Assembly (NCBI GenBank): GCA_943704425.1
Contig: CALSCP010002263.1
Coordinates: 1-37,543, forward strand
Length of the DNA stretch: 37,543 nucleotides
Source of the DNA: Ministeria vibrans ATCC 50519
Taxonomy: Eukaryota > Protista > Filasterea
Reading direction: 5' to 3'
Part shown: one piece after another, positions 1-11,651 of the stretch
Position numbering within the stretch: the first letter of the stretch is position 1
Layout of the letters: every line of letters begins with the position of its first letter
Position numbers and translations under genes: made by a program
Notes under the pieces: model-generated
The model's database searches: none
Told to the model about the DNA's origin: nothing
The model's input: only the letters and a program-made list of their open reading frames with translations

Positions 1-108
<108 letters not shown>

Positions 109-151
109 AGTTTAGGCATTTCACTTTTGTTTCTTTTGTTTTCTTTTTTAC

Positions 152-1351
152 CCGCCCTGGCACATTGGACAGTTCGCCAGCAGTGGTGTCGTCAAAGCGG
201 GCAACAAGCTTTTCCAGGAGCTCGAGAGGCGTCAGGACATGGCGAAAAGTAAGGAGAAAAGTCTGCTCGAGGTCCGTCTCGATGCGCTCGGCGGCTGTCA
301 GGAGCTCGATGAGCTTGTCGATGGGTGCCGCACTGACGCGACGGGTGCCGTCGCTGACGCGCATTGAGTACTCGATGGAGTCCTCGATGACAGTGATCAT
401 GTGAGGCTGCGCGAGATCCTGCGTCGACGATGTTGACGCGGAGGTGCGTCGACGGCCCTCGGCGGCCGCATTGGTCGAGCCCATGTTGGCCACGTTGCGT
501 AGGTCACGTGCCGGCTCGTCGGGCTTCTTTCGCGAGATACCCTGTTGCATGAGCGAAACGGAGATGGCGTCGCGCAACGCGGACGGTCGGCGTCTCAAGT
601 TGGTGAGACTCGAGTGAGGCGAGCTGCCGTTCACCTGCGGCATGGAACCGTTGCTGGCGGTCGACGCACCGCCTACACTGGTTGCGTCGTCGTCTGACCA
701 GGCGGGCACTGCACTCGACGACGTCTGCGACACCATCGAGTAAAGACTCTTCTTTTTCTTCAGCTTCCGCTTCTTTGATGACGACAGATCGTCGTTTGAC
801 AGGTTCCCGTCACTAATCATCATCGAGTCGCTCATCTGGCGCGACACCATCTGCATGACACGGTCCTCGGGATCAAAGTCGCCGTCGCCGATGGGCGTCG
901 CAATGAGGCTGCCCACCGAGTCGTCGGCCTCGCTTGCGTCCGCCTCGGTGTGTGTCGCTGTTGTTGCGACTGGCGTCTCTCCAGCTGTGGCCGCGTCGCC
1001 TACTTCAGGATCGCTCGCACCGTCATCCTCGTCGACGCTCACGGGCGGATGCGAGTCGAGGGTCGTGCCTTCCTTCCAGGACTTGACAGCGGCGCGGTAC
1101 CGCTTCAACGCTTGTGACGAATCTCGCGAGCGACCCTTCACCTCGCCTCCTGCGTTCAGCTGACGGATGCGCTCGCCTACGACCCGCTTGGAAAAGCTAG
1201 CGTTCACGGTGGACGCGGAGCGCGCCAAGCCCGGGCTGGACGACGCGGGGCTGGCGGGTGCGGCAGTCGCAAAGGGATCTTCGCCAAACACCACCCCGAC
1301 ATCGTCCGTGCCCTTGTGCGACGCTCTTCTCCGCAGCGAGAACCGCGGCAT
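152..1351 (-). CDS. RasGEF-family protein, first exon (400 codons: disordered N-terminus plus REM/RasGEF_N domain); continues off the left edge
   Basis: ATG at 1351 opens a frame MPRFSLRRRASHKG...VSAAPIDKLIELLTAAERIETDLEQTFLLTFRHVLTPLELLEKLVARF, matching the REM signature (L..L......F..TFLLT.R....P.ELL..L..RF). It ends at the donor CGG|gtaaaa at 152/151. This ORF is not in the supplied ORF track. Confidence 0.8.
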
Positions 1352-1540
1352 GGCCCAAAACGACAAGACAGGACAATGAGAAGACTCTCAAGTGGTGCAG
1401 CCGTCCAATCGAACAGTTCACGGAAGGGCAACGAAGGAAAATATTTTATTGTGATTATATTAATATTTTTGGCACGTCACATATTCATACTTGCACAGTC
1501 GCATTCCACCATTGACCATTATTTTCTTCGTTTTGCTTAG

Positions 1541-3850
1541 ATGTCGTCAGATTCATTAATAGACAGACGATCCCAAGTATTAGATCGACTGGATCAAGTG
1601 CAGGTGCGTCGCACGAGCGAGGGGTTGTTGTGCCCTTCCTGTTTTTTATTTTTGTTGATCACGCCGCGACCCATTTGACGGCTACAGGATCCCGATCTGC
1701 ATCGAAGCGTCGTTGCGTGCAACTTTATAAAGAACCTGGTGATTGGGGAGGACACGGGGAGCGTCGCGTTTGACGTGGAGCTCACAACACCCGCTTGTCC
1801 CGTCAAAGAGTCGCTTGAGGCGCAGTGTCGCAGTGCGGTGGCGTCGCTCGACTGGGTGCGCTCGCTCACCGTCAACATGACTGCGCAAAAGGTTGCGTCG
1901 CGAGCGTCGCGTGCGCCTGGGCTGCGGCACGTCGCGCACCTGATTGCCGTCGCCAGCTGCAAGGGCGGCGTGGGCAAGTCGACCGTCGCCGTCAGCTTGG
2001 CTCTGGCTCTCGCGCGAAAGGGCGCCGTGGTCGGTGTCTTTGATGCGGACAGTAAGCTGCACAGCACGCAATGAGGGTGGTGGAGAGAGAGGGGGGAAGG
2101 AGGGAGAAAGACACAAAGTGTGAGAGAGACACAAAGTGAGACTGACAGACAGACAGATAGATAGATAGAGAAGAGAGACAGAGAGGCACACAAGAAAGAA
2201 GCAAAGTGAAGAGAGAGAGAGGGACGACAGATAAAGAGAGAGATAAAGATATTGAGACACGCGAGAAAAAAAACAAGTGAAGAGAGAGAACTAATGCATT
2301 CAAATTTATAGTTCACGGACCGTCGCTGCCTCTTCTGCTCCCAGTCGCTGACACAAATGTACAGCAAGTGAAAGCAAGCGACCCGCTCAACGACAGTGGC
2401 ATCGACATGATCTTGCCTTTTCTCAGCGACCAGAGGGAGGATGAGGAGGCACACGCGCCTCTAAGTCTGATGTCGTTTGGGTGGATCAAGCCTGAGGGTG
2501 CTGCAACCATGCGTGGTGCCATGGTGAGTCGTGTCATCAATCAGCTGCTCACAACGACTCGCTGGGGTGCACTTGACTACCTTGTGATCGACTTGCCACC
2601 AGGCACGGGCGACGTGCAGCTCACCCTTGCGCAAATTGTGCCCCTCTCCTGTGCCATTATGGTCTCTACCCCTCATCCGCTCAGTGTCGTTGATGTCGCG
2701 CGAGGCGTCGACATGTTCAACCGACTCCAAGTAACAATTTATAGCTCAAGTGCGTCCAAGGGTGGGAGAAAACTGAAGTGTATGTGTGTATGTATTTTTG
2801 TAGATCCCTACAGTGGCTCTGGTGGAAAACATGGCGTACTTTACGTGCGACGAATGCACCGCGCAACATTCGCCGTTTGGCCAGGCAGGGGCCTGTGCCG
2901 CCCTCATTGCACAGCATAGTATCGCCGAGCACACCCTTCTCCCTCTCGTCAAACTGCCTCCACTCGACACTGTACAGGGCGACGAGGAGGAACGTGGGCG
3001 GCAGTGGACAAGAAAACACTTTGCAACAGTAGTTGAGCGCACGCGCAGTGCGGTGGACCAGCTGGCCAGTGTGGTTGTGCGAGAGGTCAGCAAGGGCCGC
3101 TTTGGGGCCGACGCACGCCCCCGGGTCATGTACGACGCATCACACGGCACAAAACAGGTTAATACGGAGCTAGAGAGAGAAGACAGAAACAAAGTGATAG
3201 AGAGAGAGAGAGAAGAAAGAAACAAAGTGATAGAGAGAGAGAGAGAGAAGAAAGAAACAAAGTGTGTGAGAGAGAAGAAGAAGAAGAAGAAAGAAAGAAA
3301 GAAAGAAACATAGTGAGTGAGAGAGAGAGTGAATGCGTGAATGAGTGTGTGTGTGTGTACGAGTGACAGTGAGTCAGTCGGTGAACCATTTTTGATTGCT
3401 AGGTGTTGATGATTCTTCCGGACGGGGAAACTCTGTCGATCGGATCGGCTGAGCTCCGCAGAGAATGTCGCTGCGCCGATTGTGTTGTAGAGGGAACGCA
3501 AACGGTAATAGAAAAATAAAATAATTATTATGTACCATCATGATTGTGATTCTATTGTCTTTGTCTGAGCGTAGAAGAAACTGGATCCGTCGCAAGTCAG
3601 CGACAGAGTATTTCCAGACGGTACGCAACTTTTTCTCAGACTACTGTGATCAGAGACTCTTTAAAACATTTCTCTATGAATTACCTGATAAACAGAGATC
3701 TACCCAATGGGGAACTATGGAGTGGGAATGCACTGGAGCGACGGCCATGCGACGAGTATCTTTCCCTTTGCGCTGCTAGAGGACCTTGCCCGAGCACACA
3801 TGCCCAAGCCGCCAACATGTGCCACTGGCGACCCTTCACTCGACTGGTGA
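1541..3850 (+). CDS. HCF101: HCF101-type Mrp/NBP35 Fe-S cluster carrier ATPase (DUF59 + P-loop ATPase + DUF971), 7 exons
   Basis: Exons 1541-1603, 1688-2051, 2312-2730, 2804-3157, 3403-3504, 3575-3620, 3696-3850; all introns GT-AG and phase-consistent. Motifs: DPDL...ELTTPACP (DUF59), ASCKGGVGKST (deviant Walker A), DADIHGPS, WGALDYLVIDLPPGTGDVQLT, VENMAYF, CRCADC and GNYGVGMHWSDGH (DUF971). The protein ends ...PSLDW*. Confidence 0.92.
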
Positions 3851-3937
3851 TCGCACTCTCAAATGCCATACTTACGACGACTTGACTATAGAGTATTGTT
3901 TTTATTATAAATACAAGACAAACAAAAAATTCTACTG

Positions 3938-4698
3938 TTACTGTTCCAGTCGAGACCATTCAAAGGTGGACGGGAAAAAGCAATAGCCCTGGATGATCTC
4001 GGTGGGATTGGCAGTGGCACGGCGGTGGAGGGGAGGTGCCGGCGAGCAGGTGGAGGGGGCAGGACACGACGCAGGCACAGCGAACAAGGCGGCGTCGAGT
4101 GTGGCCGCAGACGGATTGCCGACAAGACACGAAATGTCGACACCCATTGCAACGTTGTGGGCGATAACGCCGAATGGCAGCACCACGGCCGCGTTGGTGG
4201 TGTTGGCGTAGTAGCGCACTTCAATGGACTGCGGCAGAAGGTTCCAGGGCGCTGAGGTTTGCTCTTCGACACCCCACACTTCGAAGGAGTCTCCGTCGTG
4301 TGTGATGTTGTGTAGAAACACAGCGGCGGCAGGAACACCTAGAATAGGAAGGTCTCCGTCCATCTGAACGCACGAACACGCCGTTGAGCCCCCTGGCTGC
4401 GTCTGGTAGAAGTACAAAACTTTCTGCAAATACATTGTTGTGTTCCCAGTCTGTTTCGCGTTGCGTTGCGCTCACATACCTGCGCATAGTCATGCAAATG
4501 GGTAACAGCAAATTCTCCGGGGCCAAAGCCAAGCACGTCAATGCGAAATGCGTTGTGTTCCACAGAAAAGTACAGATTGCTCTGCTCCTCGCCATACGTC
4601 AACTCGGCACTGAGTGCGGAAGGATATGTGGGCGCCACTGTTTGCCCCAGTGCTGCCACCGACGCAACAAGCGTGACGACGACAGGGAGCAACAGCAT
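3938..4698 (-). CDS. Secreted protein, probably ependymin-related (EPDR/LolA-like fold), 2 exons
   Basis: Exons 4698-4480 and 4423-3938 (56-nt GT-AG intron, phase 0). Hydrophobic signal peptide, then P..P...., R.D, T.L.DY....Y......C.C and D..LFAVP..C, the pattern typical of EPDR proteins. Confidence 0.6.
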
Positions 4699-4959
4699 CA
4701 ACGAGGTGTGAAAAAAATGATTGATGATGAAAATATGTAAATGAAGTGAATAAAATTAAAAAGTGTGTGAAATTGAAGCTTAAAAAAAATACAATTAAAA
4801 TACAATGAAGAGTACTGCAATGCTTCCGCCACAAATGACGAACCATGATTAACTGCCCGTGCCTCATTAACACTATTGAATTGACTATTGATTATAATGT
4901 TTTGATATATTTTTGATTCAATTTTTAATGTCTCTTTCGTTCTTCTTTTTCTCGATTTT

Positions 4960-7900
4960 TCAGGGCTTGCACTTGACCAGACTGTTCAGAGCAAACACCT
5001 GCATGCCCCGCTCGAGCTTCACAAGGGCCTCGTTGCTGTCGATGGACTGGATGAGACCACGCGAGCGACCGGCCGAGTCGAGCACGATCACATTGTCATT
5101 GGGCTGCAACCCAATGCGCCCACACTTGCTTGCCGACACCACTGACTTCTGTTCCGTCTTGAGATCGCGCACGGTAATGTCGTTGCCATTGATAGCGGTC
5201 ACAACGTACGTGCGCTCATCCACAAGCACCAGCGCATCAAACATGATCCAGCCGCCTTCGCCTGCCGTCGCTGGACCCTGCGGTGCCCCACCCACACCGC
5301 CGGCGCTGGCGGACGGCGTTGACGCACCCAACAGAGCACCGCCAGGCGTGGGTCCCACCGTGTAGGCGCCCGGAGCGGGCGAGTAGTCGGACGGACCGAC
5401 AGAGCCTGGTCCACCCATCGACGACGGGCCAGGCGTGCTGCCGTACGCGCTGTAGGCGGGTGTCGAGCCGTAAGCACTACCATAGCCGGCTGAGGGTGTG
5501 CCAGTAGAGGTACCGTACGGACCGGGCGTTGTGGGACCCGGGGTGACGCCGAACGCTCCCGACGAGCCCGCGTCGGTCGAGTACGGATCTGTAGCAGAGG
5601 GTGTGTTGCCGTAGGCACTGGCCGCGGGTGTAGGTCCGCCATACGCACCGCCCATCGGAGTGCCGGCCGTAGTGCCGTAAGCACCGCCCGTTGGAGTCCC
5701 GGCAGAGCCGCCGCTGTAGCCGGGCGTGCCCGCATTAAGATACCCACCGCCGGGAGTGGGTGCAACACCACCGCCCGCAGAGGGAGTGGTCGCCGACGTG
5801 CTACCGTACGGATTGGTGTTGCTGCCACTGCCAGACCCTGTGCTGCCGTAGGGTGCGGGAGTGGGACCCACACCATAGGCGGATGGAGTGCCGGCATAAG
5901 CGGCACCACCACCCGGCGTGCTGGCCGAGTAGTTGCCAGGACCGGGCGTGTAGGCGGACGCGCCAGCGTTGGGAGTGGCGCCGTACGAAGGCGTGTCGCC
6001 CGAAGTGTACGCCGAGCGAGGCGTGCCGTACGCATTCCCATCGGGCGTGTACTGGCTCGTGTTGCTATTGGACGTGTCTGGGAATGCCTCGTCCAGCGGG
6101 TTACTGCCGTAGTCGGATTCCCAAGCGGGAGTCGCGCCACCGGGTGTTGCCCCACCGGGAGTGTTGGCGACATTCGGATCCCAGGCGGGCGTCGCGCCTC
6201 CTTCGTGACCAGGTGTCATGCTGCCCGTGTAGGCGGGTGTGCGTGACGAGTAAGCGGGCGTGCGCGACGCGTTGTTGTACGTGTCGGACGCAATGGAGTA
6301 AGAGCTGCTGGTAGACGCGCCAAAGTTGTAGCGCACGCGAATGTCCTCGTTGATGTCGGCACGACGCACATTCACAATCTTGTTGCGCGCCTGCAACTCC
6401 ACCTTGGCGTGCGTCTCGGTCGCGTCGCGTACCATGCCCACCATTGACTTGTACGTGCCCTTGACAATGGCTACCGTCTTGCCGACGAGCGAGTCGTCAC
6501 GTCGACTACCCCTTCCTCGTGCATAGCCCGGCACGAACGATGGTGTTTGTGCCGGCGACTGCCCCTGAGTGCCGCCAGTCGGTGTGTGCGGAGAGGGTGA
6601 GCCCAGGCGTTGCTGAAGTTGGTTGCTCGCACCCAAATGCATGGGCGAGCCAAGTGATGTGGGCGCCGGCGAGGCAGCCATACGATTCACACCACCACCA
6701 CCACCAACACCACCACCACTGCTACCACCACCTGAGCCTCCAACAAGCTCCAGTTCATTGGCGCGCATCACAAGCACACCGGCGTTCTCGACGACGTCGC
6801 GCGTGTACAAAAAGACGTACTGACGATATACGTGCTTGACGGTGCCGGTGCGATTGCGATGAGCGCCCACCGCCACCTTGACCGTGTTGCCGGTCTCCAC
6901 CTGTTTGCGATTGCGATCGAGAGCCTTGATTCCGCGTGTCGTGTTGCGTTTGAGGTCACGACGCGACGCAGTGCGTACCGTACCACCGGTGTCGAGCACC
7001 TTGAATGTGTCACGCTCCACCTTGATGATCACGCCAATCGTGTCCATGTTAACAAACACCAGATCGTACACACTGTACATGCCAAGTGCGTCCACCCCCG
7101 ACGCCTTCTCCGCAGCCACCTGCACATCCTTGGTCAGCGCACGCAGCTCCTTGAACCCCTGATCAGAAACAATCACAGCGACCTCGCCCTCCACACGCAC
7201 CACCATGCCAGTCTCGCCAGTGTGTCGCCCCTTCAACACCTGCAAAAAAAAAAAAAAAAAAAAAAAAAAAGGGAGGGGGAGAGGATAAAATTAGTGAGAC
7301 GTTTTTTTCTTATCCCTTCCTTGTAGTTTTTTTTTTTGGTTACTTTGATGTGATTGCCGGCTTGGATAAATTTACGCAGCTCGGTGGCGGGAAACTTGAC
7401 GAGGTCGCGACTGACATTTTCGTCGCGGGGACGTATGCTCACAATGCCCCCCTCAATCTTCTCGACACGCCCCAGCACATTCTGCATGTTGCCATCAACC
7501 ACCTCGACCATGTCGCCCTTGACAAACTCACAGGTATTGACGTTGCGCGCCGCTGCGGCGTTGTTCATCTGCAACGTTGCTTCGGCTGTGTCGGCGGCTC
7601 CCGGAAACCCGCGCAGCTCGTCGAGGGTAGGGTTGACTTCGCGCTGCTCGAGATAGTCGATGGTCTCGAGGCGGAACACGAGACCATTCTCGTACTGTTC
7701 GCGGTTGAAGACGTACCGTTGCGTGACCGGGTCGCGCTGGACATCGCCGCCAGCACTGGTAACCTCTTCGAGACTGAATAGTTTCTTGGGCGGCTGGATG
7801 CGACGGGCGTCGCGTGTGCGTTTGTCGCTGCGCAGCGCACGCAAGTCAATGCGCGGCACCATTTTGATGAGCACCTTGCCGTTGACCGACTCGGACATGT

Positions 7901-9024
7901 CCTCAATCTGTGCCAGATCGCCCTTGTACTTGCCTCGCTTGCATCGTACCCACGACCCTTTGCGCAACACCATGGTCTTCTTGCGGATCGTGAGAGCATC
8001 CACTCGCTCGTTTATGGGCACCAGTCGTTGCACCTTGCGACCGTACGCGAGTACATTGAGTCCCGCAATCGCATCTTGAATGTCGGCCTCTTTGCGCGCC
8101 TCGACATAAATGGCCCCCTTAAGAGTGGGGACGGCAAACGCCGAGAAGATAGCCAGCTCGCCACGCTTTGGGTCTGTCGAGCCTTGTCGCTCAAAGTAGC
8201 GACGCATCAGGGCGACAACCGCCTCGCGCTCTTGACCCTCGCGACACCGCACCACATATAGCTTGGGATGTCGAATGGTAGGGTGTGCACGCTTAAGCTC
8301 GGCTCGCTTGCGCCCACCACCGGCGCTCTTTCCGAGTCGCTCCTCCTCATAACTGCCGCCTTCCATGGGCTCGACCACGTCGTCGTCACTGACAACCACA
8401 TCATCGTCGTCGTCCATTCCTGTATCGGCCAGGTTCTCTTGGATCAACTTCTTCTTTTTCTCCTTCTTCGCCGCCAGCGCAGCCTTCTTCTGAGCTTCCT
8501 GTGCCTTGCGCGCCTCGCGCTCCTCTCGTCGCGCCGCCTGCTCCTCGATATTCTTCACCGCCTGCTCCTGACGCTCGCGTGCAGTCATACCCTTTGTGTA
8601 AATCTCCTTGCTTTTGGCAGCCTAATTGATTCGACACAGCGTTGATGAGTCGATATCATACACACACACACACACACACACACGATTGTGATTTTTTCTT
8701 GACCAACCTTGAGACGGTCTGCTGCTGTAATGTTCTCGTCTTCGCCCTCCTCTTCGTCGTCGTCGCCCTCCTCCGCTTCAATATCAAGGAGAGTGTTCAC
8801 AGCGCGTTTGCGCTTCTTGCGACGAGGCTATCGAGTGCGCGATAAGTAAACGAGAGAACAACATGTTGTGTACAACTTACCCCTTCGTCTTCTTCTTCTT
8901 CGTCTTCTTCTTCTTCGTCTTCTTCGTCCTCCTCCTCATCGTCGTCGTCATCGTCTTCATCACTGTCATCATCATCATCGTCGTCGTCGTCATCATCGTC
9001 CTCCCCATCGTCGTCGTCAGAGCC
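4960..9024 (-). CDS. SPT5: Transcription elongation factor SPT5 (acidic N-terminus, NGN, KOW domains, CTR repeats); start codon not found
   Basis: Exons 9024-8881, 8827-8708, 8621-7344, 7239-4960, all phase 0. Motifs: RRKKRKR..N.LLDIEAE (Spt5_N), PKLYVVRCREGQERE and KGAIYVEA (NGN), WVRCKRGKYKGDLAQ and GKTVAIVKGTYKSMVGMVRDA (KOW), and (G/S)xTP(A/G)(Y/W) CTR repeats. Confidence 0.96.
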
Positions 9025-10354
9025 CTACGGAGCACGAACAAAAGGTAAACGACAAAAAAAAAAAAAAAAAACAGGAAAAAGAAAATTACAAACAAAACAA
9101 AAAGACAAAACAAAAACTTACGATTTATGCCACCACCAAGATTAATTCCAGTGGATGCGCCAGTCGAAGGACGGGCACGACTAGAAGAGGACGTGACTGA
9201 AGGACGAGCACGCGGCGGAGGACGTCCCCCTCCACCACCACCACCACCACCAGCCCACCCACTTCCGACAGAGCGCGATTCGGAAGGCGCCGCAGACGAC
9301 GATTCTGACGCCATGTCGAAGCTGCCGCCACCTCGACGCGCTGCACTGTCTGCTTCGCCAAGCGCCGTATACAAGTTTCGGGCGCCATCCGGCGCCATCA
9401 CTGCAGAGAAACATTAATCATAGGTGTTCTATTGCGTTTTATGGCACGGTACCATCGCCTTGTAGAATGGCGCAGGCACGCAGAGAGTTGTCGCCGTAAA
9501 ATTTGTGATTAGTCTCTTTGCGCTCGATGAGTGTCGAGGCCTCAAGAGAAATGCCACCAAAGAGTCCCTTGCTCTTGCTGTAAGAGTACACTGAGGCAAC
9601 GGAGCGCGCCGAGACGGACGCTTCAGCATTGCGGCCCAGCGGACCCACAGCGATGGTCAAGTTTGCACCAAAGGTGACGTTGGTGCCCTTGGAGAAAGCC
9701 GACACGGCTCGGTCGGTGTTGAGCACCAACAAGAAGTCGGTGATCTCGACGCCCAGCTCAAACCCTCCGCCAATCCCGGCGACGCCCAGCGCAGAGGGAG
9801 CCGACCAGCCCGCCGCCGTGCGCGCCACCACCAGACCCGCTCCCGCACGCGCTGTCACGAGAAAGCCCGCCTTGGCAATCGTAATGATAGCAATCCCTTT
9901 GCATCCCGAGATAATGTTGCCGGGAATGACGCTGTCGGGGCCTTTCTGGGAAGGGGCAAGACGGTGAAGAAGGGAGAGTGAGAACCTCAGACGTTTCGCA
10001 TTGGAAATGTCGTATGTGTGAGGCTTGGACGCCCCTTCTCCCAAGTCACTTTCAGCTAGTGACAATGGGTGTCTGAGTGACCACGAGACTCCAGAGTGAG
10101 AACGAGCGTGAGGAAGGTGAAGAAAGAAAAAAAAAATCAAGTGACGCCAACGCTGAGAGAGTTGGACAGCCACATGACAAATGGGGGGAGGCACGTGCAG
10201 GCTGTCAGCGGGGGTCCCGCGCAGACGCATGCGAGGGGCGTGCAACACCGGTGAACTTGCTTACGGTTGCAGTGGGAATGGTGAATTCACGCAGAATTTT
10301 GGCCGCTACGTCGCATGTTTCGCGCAGATCTTTGGGCAGAGGCGAGTGCACCAT
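9017..10354 (-). CDS. SH3YL1: SH3YL1/Ysc84 (SYLF-domain) protein; no SH3 domain visible and 3' end uncertain
   Basis: Exons 10354-10265 (MVHSPLPKDLRETCDVAAKILREF), 9945-9453 (GPDSVIP...KAGFLVTARAGAG...WSAPSA...SKGLFGGISLE..LIERKETNHKFY) and 9400-9122 (V.AP.GA..LY.AL, then a Gly/Pro/Ser linker). The next acceptor at 9025 gives R-L-stop at 9017. Confidence 0.9.
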
Positions 10355-10670
10355 TCAGTAAACGGGGAACGGCCGAATAATAATAATTATAATTTATCTC
10401 CTCTGACTTCATGATCATCATCTACCCACTTTGCAACATTTCCCCCGCAGAGTGCATAAACTTTTCAGATAGTTTACTCATGAGTCATCAGTCAAGTCTG
10501 TCTGTCAAGAGTCATGAAATCATGGTCAGTGACGGTCTGAGATGAAAGTGGGCGAGAAGTGAATTGTGACTCGTGAGTGAATTACTTTTATTCAACACCA
10601 TTATTTTGTATACTATTCATTACAAAAAAAAAAACGCGTACGAAGATAATCAACTAAGTATTACTCGCCG

Positions 10671-11551
10671 ATGGACCCCCCTGATGAGGTGTATTGCTTG
10701 GCCACCGACCCACCCGAGAGGATACGTCGGGTGTTCGCCAATCACGGGTACTGCATCTTTCGCGAGTTCCTCTCCCTCCAGGAGGTCGGCCAGGCCAAGG
10801 ACTCTGTCGAGCGCCTCGTGAGCACCCTCGCCGACAACCCAGGCGTGCCGCGCGAAGACCTTGCCTACGACGATGTCAGTCGTCCTCTGACGCTCAAGCA
10901 GATCCAACACCTGCACGAGCACAACGCCTTCTGTGGTGCGCTGATGCAGACGACCCTCCGTCCGCTCGCTGCGTGCGCGCTCGGCGAGTGTGTCGTCTCC
11001 AGAAACATGCAGTAAGCGATATTCTCTGCGTAAGGCCCCGCGGATGATTGACCAGGCGGTGAGTAGATACTTTAACAAGCCCCCGCTGAGGGTGTATACG
11101 CCCGGCGACTGTTCGCGCGAGACACCGCCGCATCAGGACGGCTACTACTTCATGATCGAGCCTCAGAGCGCAGTCACAATGTGGCTGGCGCTTGACGATG
11201 CCGACGAACACAATGGGTGTCTGCGGTATGTTGCAGGGAGCGTGCGCAAGGGAATCCGACCGCACGACTTTAGCGACATTGTCGGCTTCTCACAGCGCAT
11301 CACCGACTACGACAATGCCACCGACAACGACACAGCACACGAAGTGCTCGTGCGCGCTCGCCCCGGCGATCTGGTCATCCACCATTCGCTCACCATCCAC
11401 CGTGCCGAGCCCAACCGCACCGAGGCACGTCCACGTCGTGCGGTCGGTGCAATCTTCTACGGTGTCTCCGCACAGGTGGACCCGACCCGCGTGGCCCAGC
11501 GACAGAGTCAAATCCGACAACGCGCAGCGCAGCTCAAAGGCCAACAACAAT

Positions 11552-11553
<2 letters not shown>
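10671..11553 (+). CDS. PhyH-family Fe(II)/2-oxoglutarate dioxygenase, 2 exons
   Basis: Exons 10671-11011 and 11067-11553. Motifs: F..HGY, MQYFNKPP, TPPHQDGYY (HxD), TMWLALDDADEHNGCLRYVAGS, GDLVIHHSLTIHRAEPN..RRA. Confidence 0.92.

Positions 11554-11601
<48 letters not shown>
11543..11601. repeat. (CAA)n microsatellite spanning the PhyH stop codon, between convergent gene ends
   Basis: Direct CAA repeat run. Confidence 0.95.
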
Positions 11602-11651
11602 AATGAGGCATAAATGAACAGAATGATTGTACAGTGGACGACGACTCTCTG

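Noticed and set aside
5290-6280. TP-rich repeats in SPT5 as a novel repeat domain
   Set aside because: This is the known Spt5 C-terminal repeat region.
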